Sequence record: SRR22947727_609 | Length of the DNA stretch: 40,151 nt | Direction: 5' to 3' (one strand) | Shown here: one piece after another, positions 1-8,542 of the stretch | Numbering within the stretch: position 1 is the first letter of the stretch | Layout: each line of letters opens with the position of its first letter | Notes under the pieces: model-generated | What the model saw: the letters and a program-made list of their open reading frames with translations, nothing else | Databases searched by the model: none | What the model was told of the DNA's origin: nothing | Position numbers and translations under genes: made by a program

Positions 1-2
1 CG

Positions 3-113
3 CTAGTCGAGACAACCCTGTCCATTTTGGCTGTCACGATGCCTATTTCACTCGTCGCCTTTAGCCTAACGCTGATCATGTGCGTGCCCAAAAAAAAGAC
101 GTCACTGGAATAG
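3..113 (+). CDS. 3' end of a probable membrane protein (truncated by window start)
   Basis: Open frame read by eye: LVETTLSILAVTMPISLVAFSLTLIMCVPKKKTSLE*, a hydrophobic stretch followed by a basic tail, TAG at 111-113. Confidence 0.5.
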   Translation, partial: LVETTLSILAVTMPISLVAFSLTLIMCVPKKKTSLE

Positions 114-254
114 AAAATAATAAGTGACTAATTAAACGTGGTGAGTCAGATAGGGACACAACACAGCGGAAAGCTGTTGCAAGAGCAGAAAGGTCTTTGC
201 GGTGAGTGGCTGCTGCGAATTGCCGCGCCGCGATACGATTGTCAGTGGCTGAGA

Positions 255-291
255 GGTTACCGCGAGGCGTTAATTAGACCTCACGGTAACC
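255..291 (-). terminator. Stem-loop just downstream of the 307-663 gene; terminator-like but without a U-tract
   Basis: Minus-strand GGTTACCGTGAGG-N11-CCTCGCGGTAACC forms a 13-bp stem (one U-G pair) 15 nt past the stop codon; the plus strand would carry a C-A mismatch. Confidence 0.5.
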
Positions 292-306
292 GATCGAGCA
301 GGTTAA

Positions 307-663
307 TCAGGGGTTGGCAGCTTTAAATGCCTTAATAGCGGCATTGAAGTCAGCGGCTACTTGCTCTTCGCGTGAGACAGCCGCGTTATAGTCGGCAGCC
401 GCCAGCGCATAGCGCTCGTCAGCATCTTTATCACCTTCATCCATGGCCGCTTTTTCAGCGGTCATTTGGTCGTCTACGCAGGTGAGATAGTCCCCGTTAG
501 CGGCTTGAAAGGCTTTGACTTCGCCTTGTGATGCCACCATATCTTCCATTGTTGCACTGTCACCATCGGGCGTCGGGGGTGCTACCGGCACATCACAGGC
601 AAAAGCCCCACTAAAGGGTGTGGCAAGCAATGCAAAGACTAGCGTAGCAGGTTTCATATTCAT
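307..663 (-). CDS. Small secreted/periplasmic hypothetical protein, acidic, Ala-rich and helical, two Cys
   Basis: Sec signal peptide ending AFA-C; AAGGA RBS upstream; Cys near the mature N-terminus and in YLTC. Confidence 0.8.
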   Translation of the reverse strand: MNMKPATLVFALLATPFSGAFACDVPVAPPTPDGDSATMEDMVASQGEVKAFQAANGDYLTCVDDQMTAEKAAMDEGDKDADERYALAAADYNAAVSREEQVAADFNAAIKAFKAANP

Positions 664-868
664 TCTAGAGTTCCTTTTTTAATCAGCTAAATGCTGGCGT
701 TTTTAACATCGAGACGTGGAGACGTCGCCGGGGGTGGTTGTTTACCGGCCTCCAATCGTGACAGGGACGTCTGTTATACCAATGAACGCGGTGCGAATAA
801 ACCATCTATGTCACATCTCTTCACAACGTTTATCCAATCCCTAAAGCGCATTCCGTTACACTACGCCG

Positions 869-3025
869 ATGGATGTTTCCGATATTTTAAACCCCCTGAA
901 TGCCGCGCAGCGAGACGCCGTGACCGCGTCCACCGGCAATCAGCTTGTCTTAGCCGGTGCAGGGTCCGGTAAAACACGGGTACTGGTTCATCGAATCGCG
1001 TGGTTGATTCGTGCCGAGGGATTCTCAGCCCAGTCTGTGCTGGCGGTGACCTTTACCAACAAAGCGGCGCGCGAGATGCGGGGTCGCATCGAAGATATGC
1101 TGCAAATGCCTACTCAGGGTCTCTGGGTGGGGACGTTTCATGGGTTAGCCCACCGCTTACTCAAAGCGCATTGGCAAGAGGCGGGGCTACCTCAACAGTT
1201 CCAAATTTTAGATAGTGACGACCAGCTGAGGGTCGTCAAGCGCGTCTGCCGAGAGCTAGAGCTCGATGATGCTCGATGGCCACCTAAGCAAGCGCAATGG
1301 TTTATTAATGGCCAGAAAGACGAGGGACTCCGCGCGCGCCATGTCGATGTCCCGCTGGGCGATTTATATGCCAAGACCATGGTGCGCGTATATGCCGCGT
1401 ATGAAGAGGCCTGCGAGCGAGGCGGCCTGGTCGACTTTGCTGAATTATTACTGCGTGCGCACGAGCTGTGGCTCAAATCACCCGCTACCTTAGCCCATTA
1501 CCAAGCGCGCTTTAAAACGATTTTGGTGGACGAGTTTCAAGATACCAACACGATTCAGTATGCATGGTTACGTGTTTTAGCCGGACAAACTATCCCGGTT
1601 GTTGCAGTGGGTGATGACGATCAGTCTATCTACGGATGGCGCGGTGCTAAGGTCGAAAACATTCAGCGATTTTCAGAGGATTTTGCGGGCACAGTGACGG
1701 TGAGGTTGGAGCAAAATTATCGCTCCACCGAGACGATCCTCGAGGCCGCTAACGGACTCATTTCGCGTAATGCAGGACGTTTGGGCAAAAATTTGTGGAC
1801 GGAAGGAGAGCGGGGTGACCCGATCACGCTGTACGCTGGATTTAACGAACAAGACGAAGCGCGGTATATCGTCGAACAAGCACAAACGTGGTGCGATGAG
1901 GGGAATCCACGGCGATCGGTTGCGATTTTGTATCGCTCAAACGCGCAATCACGTGTGTTGGAAGAAGCGCTGCTCCGCGAGCGTATCCCCTACCGTATTT
2001 ACGGTGGGCAGCGATTTTACGAACGGCTAGAAATTCGTAACGCGCTGGCCTATTTGCGGCTGGCTCAGGCGCGTCGTGATGATGCCGCACTAGAGCGTGT
2101 GTTGAATACGCCGCCACGCGGCATCGGTAATAAAACAGTCGAAAAATTGCGAGAGGTCGCCAGACGAGATCAAGCGCCCTTATGGGAAGCGATAGCGATG
2201 GTGCGGAAGCAGACGCTGTTGCCGGCACGAGCACTCACGGCGCTCGCGAATTTTCAAGCACTGATTGACGATTTTGCAACTGCGGCTGAGACCTTATCCC
2301 TCGATGAATTCACAGAGCATGTCATCGAAATGTCAGGGTTGATGAATTACCACCGGTCTGAGAAAGGGGAACGTGGGCAGGCGCGGGTAGAAAACTTACA
2401 GGAATTGGTTACGGCCACGCGGTTATTTGAACCTGAGGACGAAACGATCACGCCACTGCAGGCATTTTTGGATAGCGCGGCGCTCGATGCGGGAGAGGGT
2501 CAAGCGGACCCTTATGAGGACAGTATTCAGATGATGACACTGCACTCTGCGAAAGGTTTGGAGTTTCCCCTCGTGGTTATGGCGGGCGTGGAAGAAAACC
2601 TATTTCCCCATCAAATGTCATTAGAGGAGCCGGGCCGATTAGAAGAGGAACGCCGACTAGCGTATGTGGGGATTACTCGTGCGATGCAAAAATTGATCGT
2701 GACGTATGCTGAAAATCGGCGCTTACATGGCAGTGATATGTATAACACCCCGTCACGTTTTATTCGCGAGATACCGGGCGAACTCATCGAAGAAGTGCGT
2801 CTCAATGGTTCGGTGTCTCGTCCGCTGGGATCCTTGTCGCACCACTCCTTGAACGAACCGCCTGTCGAAGGGCTCGATTTGGGTCGTCGAGTGTTGCATC
2901 AGGTATTTGGCGAGGGGGTAGTAACCCAATTTGAAGGTCAGGGCAGCAATGCTCGGGTCGAGGTGAGTTTCAGCGAAGGCAGTAAATGGCTCGTGCTGCA
3001 GTATGCGAATTTAACCATTCTATAA
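869..3025 (+). CDS. uvrD: DNA helicase II
   Basis: AGAGSGKT Walker A, VTFTNKAA, VDEFQDTN, GDDDQSIYGWRGA, LEQNYRS, HSAKGLEF, EERRLAYVGITRA; 718 aa with C-terminal Tudor-like tail. Confidence 0.97.
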   Translation: MDVSDILNPLNAAQRDAVTASTGNQLVLAGAGSGKTRVLVHRIAWLIRAEGFSAQSVLAVTFTNKAAREMRGRIEDMLQMPTQGLWVGTFHGLAHRLLKAHWQEAGLPQQFQILDSDDQLRVVKRVCRELELDDARWPPKQAQWFINGQKDEGLRARHVDVPLGDLYAKTMVRVYAAYEEACERGGLVDFAELLLRAHELWLKSPATLAHYQARFKTILVDEFQDTNTIQYAWLRVLAGQTIPVVAVGDDDQSIYGWRGAKVENIQRFSEDFAGTVTVRLEQNYRSTETILEAANGLISRNAGRLGKNLWTEGERGDPITLYAGFNEQDEARYIVEQAQTWCDEGNPRRSVAILYRSNAQSRVLEEALLRERIPYRIYGGQRFYERLEIRNALAYLRLAQARRDDAALERVLNTPPRGIGNKTVEKLREVARRDQAPLWEAIAMVRKQTLLPARALTALANFQALIDDFATAAETLSLDEFTEHVIEMSGLMNYHRSEKGERGQARVENLQELVTATRLFEPEDETITPLQAFLDSAALDAGEGQADPYEDSIQMMTLHSAKGLEFPLVVMAGVEENLFPHQMSLEEPGRLEEERRLAYVGITRAMQKLIVTYAENRRLHGSDMYNTPSRFIREIPGELIEEVRLNGSVSRPLGSLSHHSLNEPPVEGLDLGRRVLHQVFGEGVVTQFEGQGSNARVEVSFSEGSKWLVLQYANLTIL

Positions 3026-3034
3026 GGCGAAATC

Positions 3035-4186
3035 ATGCGTGAGAAACAGATCCTACCCTTCGTCGTTATCGCACTTGTTGCGGCGTTGGTGAGTGTTGTC
3101 GCGATGTGGTCTTTGGACCGATCAGGTCAAGGCGTCGGCCTGACTAAGACAGTGCGAGGTGCTGATGAGTTTATTGAGTGGAAGTTGGTCACCACTTGGC
3201 CAAAGGGGCTTCCGGGGTTGGGTGCTGCCCCTGAAAACTTTGCGCGACGAGTGAACGAGGCATCAGGTGGCCGGTTGAAGATAAAAGTCTTTGGTGCCGG
3301 CGAGATTGTCCCGCCGTTTGAAGTCTTTGACGCAGTATCTCGACGGGTGGCTGAGGCGGGCCATGGAGCGTCTTATTACTGGAAGGGCAAGATCCCTGCC
3401 GCGGTATTTTATACTGCCGTGCCGTTTGGAATGACTGCTCAAGAGGCCAACGGCTGGCTGCATTATGGCGGTGGCTTGCCACTGTGGCGTGAGCTCTATG
3501 CACCCTTTGGAGTGGTGCCTTTTGCCGGAGGCAGCACGGGTGTTCAGATGGCGGGTTGGTTCAACAAGCGCTTGAACAGTCGAGAGGATTTAGTCGGACT
3601 TAAAATGCGCATTCCGGGTCTTGCTGGAGAGGTCTTTGATGCGGCAGGTGGTTCTGCTGTTCGCATTGCGGGTGGTGAGGTGTATACGTCAATGCAGACC
3701 GGTGTGATTGACGCCGTTGAGTGGGTGGGCCCTTACAACGACAGAACGCTGGGTCTGATGGAGGTCGGGGATTATTATTACTATCCGGGTTGGCACGAAC
3801 CTGGCGCGATGCTCGAAATCATTATCAATGAAGACGCGCTAGCGGCATTACCGGATGACCTGCAAGCGATTGTGACCGTCGCGGCGCGCGCCACCAACAG
3901 CGATATGCTGGATGATTTTACTGCGCACAACAGTGAGTCACTCGACATTTTGTTGCGCGACTTTGATACAGAACTACTGCCATTGCCGGACGATGTAATG
4001 GACGTCCTGTACGAGCAGAGCCAGGTCGCTGTTCAAGCGCTTATTGATGCGGATCCTATGGCGGCCAAAATTGCTGCGTCGTACTTTGATTTCTTCGAGC
4101 GCGTGCGGACGTATCATGAAATATCCGAGCGGGCCTATCTCAATGGGCGAGATCGAGTAATGCCTCCCGTGTCGTTTACTGAGTAA
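3035..4186 (+). CDS. TRAP transporter substrate-binding protein (DctP family, TakP-like)
   Basis: WKLVTTWP, HGASYYWKGK, GVQMAGWF, GLKMRIPG, DAVEWVGP, YYYPGWHEPG; N-terminal hydrophobic segment. Confidence 0.92.
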   Translation: MREKQILPFVVIALVAALVSVVAMWSLDRSGQGVGLTKTVRGADEFIEWKLVTTWPKGLPGLGAAPENFARRVNEASGGRLKIKVFGAGEIVPPFEVFDAVSRRVAEAGHGASYYWKGKIPAAVFYTAVPFGMTAQEANGWLHYGGGLPLWRELYAPFGVVPFAGGSTGVQMAGWFNKRLNSREDLVGLKMRIPGLAGEVFDAAGGSAVRIAGGEVYTSMQTGVIDAVEWVGPYNDRTLGLMEVGDYYYYPGWHEPGAMLEIIINEDALAALPDDLQAIVTVAARATNSDMLDDFTAHNSESLDILLRDFDTELLPLPDDVMDVLYEQSQVAVQALIDADPMAAKIAASYFDFFERVRTYHEISERAYLNGRDRVMPPVSFTE

Positions 4187-4574
4187 TAGGCCGCGTTAAC
4201 TTCTGTTCGTCGATCGCCACGTAAATAAACTCTCCCTCAGTGACCTTGAGCGGTTCGCCGTCTTGCCTTGCATTAATCCAGACCTCAACGAGTATGCGTA
4301 ACGAACTGCGACCCGTTTCTAGCACATCGCAATAACAGGTCACGACGGCGCCAACGTGCACCGGTGTCAAAAACGACATACCTTCAATTGCGACCGTTGC
4401 GACGCGCCCTCCCGCGAGCTCCGATGCGGTAATGCTGCCCGCCAAGTCCATCTGTGATAGCAACCAGCCTCCGAAGATGTCCCCATTGGCATTGGTATCC
4501 CGTGGCATTGCAATAGTCTGCAATGCTAAATCTCCATAAGGGAGGGGGTTGGTATCTAGCTCTTCAGTTGGCAT
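4176..4574 (-). CDS. Acyl-CoA thioesterase (hotdog fold, YciA-like)
   Basis: AMPRDTNANGDIFGGWLLSQMDLAG and GRVATVAI motifs. Confidence 0.92.
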   Translation of the reverse strand: MPTEELDTNPLPYGDLALQTIAMPRDTNANGDIFGGWLLSQMDLAGSITASELAGGRVATVAIEGMSFLTPVHVGAVVTCYCDVLETGRSSLRILVEVWINARQDGEPLKVTEGEFIYVAIDEQKLTRPITQ

Positions 4575-4644
4575 AGCATCTCTTCTCAGGTATTTCGGTG
4601 ACGAGAACGATCATAGCGCGCACAGGGGCGCGAGGTTCAGATCA

Positions 4645-6009
4645 TTATCGCCCCATGACCCCCGGTAACCATAGGACTAAATTGGGCCACCACCACATGA
4701 GGACGAGCAGCAGCAGTTGAATGAACACAAATGGCAAGACACCAGCGTAAATGGCTCGGGTGCTGACTGTATCGGGTGCCACCCCACGCAAATAAAACAG
4801 CGCGAACCCAAACGGAGGCGTCAGAAAAGACGTCTGAAGATTAACCGCAATCATAATCCCGAGCCAAACCGGATCGAATCCCATTGTTAACAAGATGGGG
4901 CCCACCACGGGTACGACGACAAAAGTGATTTCAATAAAGTCGAGAATAAAGCCCAGCAGGAACATGACCAGCATGACAATGAGTAACGCTGTGTGAGGCC
5001 CTCCTCCTAACGCTTCAAAAAACGATTCGATCATTGTATCGCCACCAAATCCGCGAAAAACCAACGAAAATAACGCGGCACCAATGAGAATTAAAAAAAC
5101 CATGCTCGTGGTAAAGAGGGTGGACCGTGAGATGTCTTGTAACACCGCTAGCGTCAATGCGCCGCGGCTCAGAGCGAGCAACAACGCCCCTACCGCACCG
5201 ACGCCGGCTGCTTCGGTGGGTGTTGCAGCGCCCACGAGAATCGATCCCAGTACCAGCCCAATAAGGCCCAGCGGGGGAAGTACCGCGGTCACCACTGAAC
5301 GGATATCGGCCTCGTCAACTTCTGCTGGCGGCGCAATACTGGGCTGCATTGCCGCTCGGATCAGAACGTACGCTAGATAGAAAAAGACCAACACGATGCC
5401 GGGCACAATGGCGCCCACAAAGAGATCTCCGACCGAAACGGTTTGTGTATTAACGATGTTCATTTTTAACTGGGCCTGCTGGTAGGCGCTCGACATGGTG
5501 TCGCCGAGTAATACGAGTGCGATCGACGGCGGTATAATTTGCCCTAATGTTCCGGTGGCGCAAATAGTGCCCGCAGCCAGTTGCGGCTGATACCCAGCGC
5601 GTAACATCGTCGGCAGGGCGAGAACACCCATGGTGACCACCGTCGCCCCCACGATCCCGGTGCTGGCCGCTAGCAGAGCGCCAACAAGTATCGCGGCTAA
5701 CCCCAACCCCCCTGGCCGAGCCCCGAACATGCCTGCTAGGTTTGCCAGCAGATCTTCAGCGATTTTTGCGCGCTCTAGGACCACTCCCATCAAAATAAAA
5801 AGCGGGACGGCAACGAGCGTCTCGTTGCCCATGGTGCCAAATATGCGACCCGTTAATGCTGTCAAATAGGAGGGGTCAAAATGCCCTAATAAAATACCGA
5901 GGGCCGCGAAACTCAAGGCGGTACCCCCTAAGGTTAGTGCGACCGGAAAGCCCAGTAGCAATATGCCGCACACCACCACGAACATCCCAAGTGCTAATTG
6001 CCCTTCCAT
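4645..6009 (-). CDS. TRAP transporter large permease (DctM family)
   Basis: Polytopic membrane protein; VAVPLFILMG, GTLGQIIPPS, ATPTEAAGVG, QTSFLTPPFGFALFYL. Confidence 0.95.
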   Translation of the reverse strand: MEGQLALGMFVVVCGILLLGFPVALTLGGTALSFAALGILLGHFDPSYLTALTGRIFGTMGNETLVAVPLFILMGVVLERAKIAEDLLANLAGMFGARPGGLGLAAILVGALLAASTGIVGATVVTMGVLALPTMLRAGYQPQLAAGTICATGTLGQIIPPSIALVLLGDTMSSAYQQAQLKMNIVNTQTVSVGDLFVGAIVPGIVLVFFYLAYVLIRAAMQPSIAPPAEVDEADIRSVVTAVLPPLGLIGLVLGSILVGAATPTEAAGVGAVGALLLALSRGALTLAVLQDISRSTLFTTSMVFLILIGAALFSLVFRGFGGDTMIESFFEALGGGPHTALLIVMLVMFLLGFILDFIEITFVVVPVVGPILLTMGFDPVWLGIMIAVNLQTSFLTPPFGFALFYLRGVAPDTVSTRAIYAGVLPFVFIQLLLLVLMWWWPNLVLWLPGVMGR

Positions 6010-6548
6010 TATGAGAGATCCTTATGGCACAGAACGGTGAGCCCCCGTCCTATCTGGGCAATAGCCTGCAGTCCTAGTAAGACCGCCATAGTCGGAATGA
6101 GTGTTTTTAAGACATAAACCAAGGGCAAACCCCCTGGCTCAGGTGATGTTTCGAGTGCCGACCAGCTGTCTACGACATAGCCCCATGAACCGACGCCAAT
6201 CAAGGCACACAGGGGCAGTGTGAAAATAATATGACCCAACGTATTCACCCAAGCCTTTTGTCGCGCAGTAAAATGACGGTAGAACACATCGACCCGAACA
6301 TGTTGATCCGCCCCCATTGCCACCGCGGCACCCAGCATGAATAGCGCGGAGTGGAGGTATTGAACGGATTCTTGTGCTGCGATGGCACCGGTACTGAACC
6401 CATAACGCAACACGACGATGACACAGACCGTCACGGCCATCACGGGTACACACCACGCGACAATGACCCCTAATAGTGCAGTACCGCGATCAATCAGGGT
6501 GTTGTGTGAGACATCGTTGCGCATCGTTTTACCAAAGGTTTGTATCAT
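6009..6548 (-). CDS. TRAP transporter small permease (DctQ family); start may be 6524
   Basis: Four TM segments, VVLRY and HVRVDVFY motifs; stop overlaps dctM start. Confidence 0.92.
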   Translation of the reverse strand: MIQTFGKTMRNDVSHNTLIDRGTALLGVIVAWCVPVMAVTVCVIVVLRYGFSTGAIAAQESVQYLHSALFMLGAAVAMGADQHVRVDVFYRHFTARQKAWVNTLGHIIFTLPLCALIGVGSWGYVVDSWSALETSPEPGGLPLVYVLKTLIPTMAVLLGLQAIAQIGRGLTVLCHKDLS

Positions 6549-6600
6549 TCAGTGTGGAGGTTATCATTCCACCCCTACAGATTGCAGAAGAGGTCTTATC

Positions 6601-7377
6601 ATGCTGTCAGTTCTGTCCCCCGCAAAAACGCTGGATTTTGATACGGCACCGACGACTCGCAAGTCGACCCAGCCCCTATTTTTAGAGGAGGCCACGACGT
6701 TGGTGGGTGCGGCACGTAAAATGACGCCAGAGGATATCCAATCTTTGATGGGGGTCTCGGAGAAGATCGCACAGCTTAATCATGAGCGATTCATGAACTG
6801 GGCACCGGATTTTTCCCTCGATAATGCCAAACAGGCTGTCTTAGCGTTTAAGGGCGACGTTTATACGGGCTTGCGTGCAGACGCCCTGAATCCGAAAGAG
6901 CTGGCCTTTGCGCAGAAGCATCTGCGTATTTTAAGTGGGCTCTATGGCCTGCTTAGGCCGCTTGATTTGATGCAGCCCTACCGCCTTGAGATGGGGCTAC
7001 CCTTCCATCATGCAGGGGGTAAAAACTTATACGAGTTTTGGGGAGACAGCATCACTCAGCTGCTGTCCAAGCACGTCAAAGCCAGCGGTAGCCCTGTTTT
7101 AGTGAACCTCGCGTCTAACGAGTACTTCAAATCGGTTCGACCCAAACTGCTGGATGTTGATATTGTCACGCCTCAATTTCGTGATTTCAAAAATGGCCAA
7201 TACAAAATGATTTCCTTTTTTGCAAAAAAGGCTCGTGGCTTGATGGCGCGCTATATTATTGAGGAAGGCCTCAATACGCCGGAAGGCTTGAAGGATTTTA
7301 CCGGTGAGGGATATTACTACAGTGCCGCTCACTCTCAGGAAGGACAGTGGGTTTTCCTCCGTGATGCACCGCAGTAG
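6601..7377 (+). CDS. yaaA: Peroxide stress protein YaaA (DUF328)
   Basis: MLSVLSPAKTLDF, AFKGDVYTGL, LRILSGLYGLLRPLD, YRLEMG, NLASNEY, AKKARGLMAR; start reassigned to ATG 6601 with GAGG RBS. Confidence 0.95.
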   Translation: MLSVLSPAKTLDFDTAPTTRKSTQPLFLEEATTLVGAARKMTPEDIQSLMGVSEKIAQLNHERFMNWAPDFSLDNAKQAVLAFKGDVYTGLRADALNPKELAFAQKHLRILSGLYGLLRPLDLMQPYRLEMGLPFHHAGGKNLYEFWGDSITQLLSKHVKASGSPVLVNLASNEYFKSVRPKLLDVDIVTPQFRDFKNGQYKMISFFAKKARGLMARYIIEEGLNTPEGLKDFTGEGYYYSAAHSQEGQWVFLRDAPQ

Positions 7378-7381
7378 CGGC

Positions 7382-8542
7382 TTACGGACTGTCTAGTTTA
7401 AAGGGCAGTAGCGTTGCCGCTTCTTGTTGATAAGCACGCACATGATCACATTCTTGCGCTGCAAAGCGAGCAACGGCGTCGCTGAAGCGCTCGTCGACAA
7501 TCCAATGGTTAGAGTACGTTAGCACGGGCTCAAAGCCCCGCTGAATTTTGTGCTCCCCTTGTGCGCCAGGATCAAAACGCGATAAGCCCGCGTCAATACA
7601 ATACTCAATCCCACGGTAATAGCAGGCTTCAAAATGCAGATAATCAAACTCGGCGAGGCACCCCCAATAGCGCCCATAGAGGGTATCGCCACCTTCAAAA
7701 AATAGCGCTGCAGCGACCGCCTCGCCCGCACATGACGCCAATACCATTACCGGCGTTTCACCTAGTGCGGGGCAGGTTTCGGTAAAAAAAGCGTCCGTTA
7801 AATAACCGCCGTGGCCCGACCGTTTTGCGTAGGTGGTTTGGTAGCAGCGATGAAAAAACCGCCAATTCTCAGGCGTAATCTCACTGCCCTTCTTGGTTTC
7901 TAGGACTAAGCCTTGGCGTGCAATCTGGTCTCGTTCTCGCCGCAAATTCTTTCGTTTTCGACTGTTGAAGCGGGCTAAGAAGTCTTGGAAGTCCCGATAC
8001 CCTCGGTTAAACCAATGGAACTGTGTGGTTAACCGTTGCGGCATCCCTAATTCGACGAGCGCATCCGACTGAGCTTGTTCCAAGAATAAGACATGCCAAC
8101 TAGACACCTCTAGGGAGGAGCAGAGCGCTTGTACGCCATACACCACGTCAGATAGCGCGTCTTGATGCTCAGCGTCATGCCAGAGTCGCTGACCGGTGGC
8201 GGGCGTAAACGGCACTGCTGTCACGAGCTTTGGATAATACTCGAGTCCCATCCGTTGCCACGCTTCTGCCCAGGACCAGTCAAAAACGTATTCGCCATAG
8301 CTATGGCCTTTTATGAAAGCGGGCACAAAACCCAGTGGCGAACCCGATCGATCTAATTGGATGTGGGCGGGTTGCCAGCCGCTTTGCGACGTTGTACAGC
8401 CTGTCGTTTCGAGACCGTGCAAAAAGTCCCATCGCAAGAAGGGATCGCCTTCGTCGAAGTAATCGCGCCACAGCGTAGGATCGATCTCAGTCATTGATCG
8501 ATGCACGGTGGCACTCAGTGATGCTTTGTTGCGATCAGTCAA
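7382..8542 (-). CDS. FemAB-like / DUF482 GNAT-fold protein
   Basis: HSYGEYVFDWSWA, YYPKL, VPFTPATG, LYGRYWG, LHFEACYY, GAQGEHKIQRGF. Confidence 0.9.
   Translation of the reverse strand: MTDRNKASLSATVHRSMTEIDPTLWRDYFDEGDPFLRWDFLHGLETTGCTTSQSGWQPAHIQLDRSGSPLGFVPAFIKGHSYGEYVFDWSWAEAWQRMGLEYYPKLVTAVPFTPATGQRLWHDAEHQDALSDVVYGVQALCSSLEVSSWHVLFLEQAQSDALVELGMPQRLTTQFHWFNRGYRDFQDFLARFNSRKRKNLRRERDQIARQGLVLETKKGSEITPENWRFFHRCYQTTYAKRSGHGGYLTDAFFTETCPALGETPVMVLASCAGEAVAAALFFEGGDTLYGRYWGCLAEFDYLHFEACYYRGIEYCIDAGLSRFDPGAQGEHKIQRGFEPVLTYSNHWIVDERFSDAVARFAAQECDHVRAYQQEAATLLPFKLDSP

Noticed and set aside
761..774. ACAG-N6-CTGT upstream of uvrD as a LexA box
   Set aside because: Arms are in the wrong orientation and spacing compared with CTGT-N8-ACAG
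830..838. TTATCCAAT as a DnaA box or origin
   Set aside because: Only 7/9 match, single copy, no AT-rich unwinding element
138..972. Short ORFs 138-326 and 691-972
   Set aside because: No recognisable motifs or RBS; they overlap better-supported genes and regulatory DNA
6418..6600. N-terminal extensions in the ORF track for yaaA (also yicC, rph, coaBC, rpmB, rpmG, yqgE, metW)
   Set aside because: They overlap neighbouring genes or promoters; family homology and RBS placement support downstream starts
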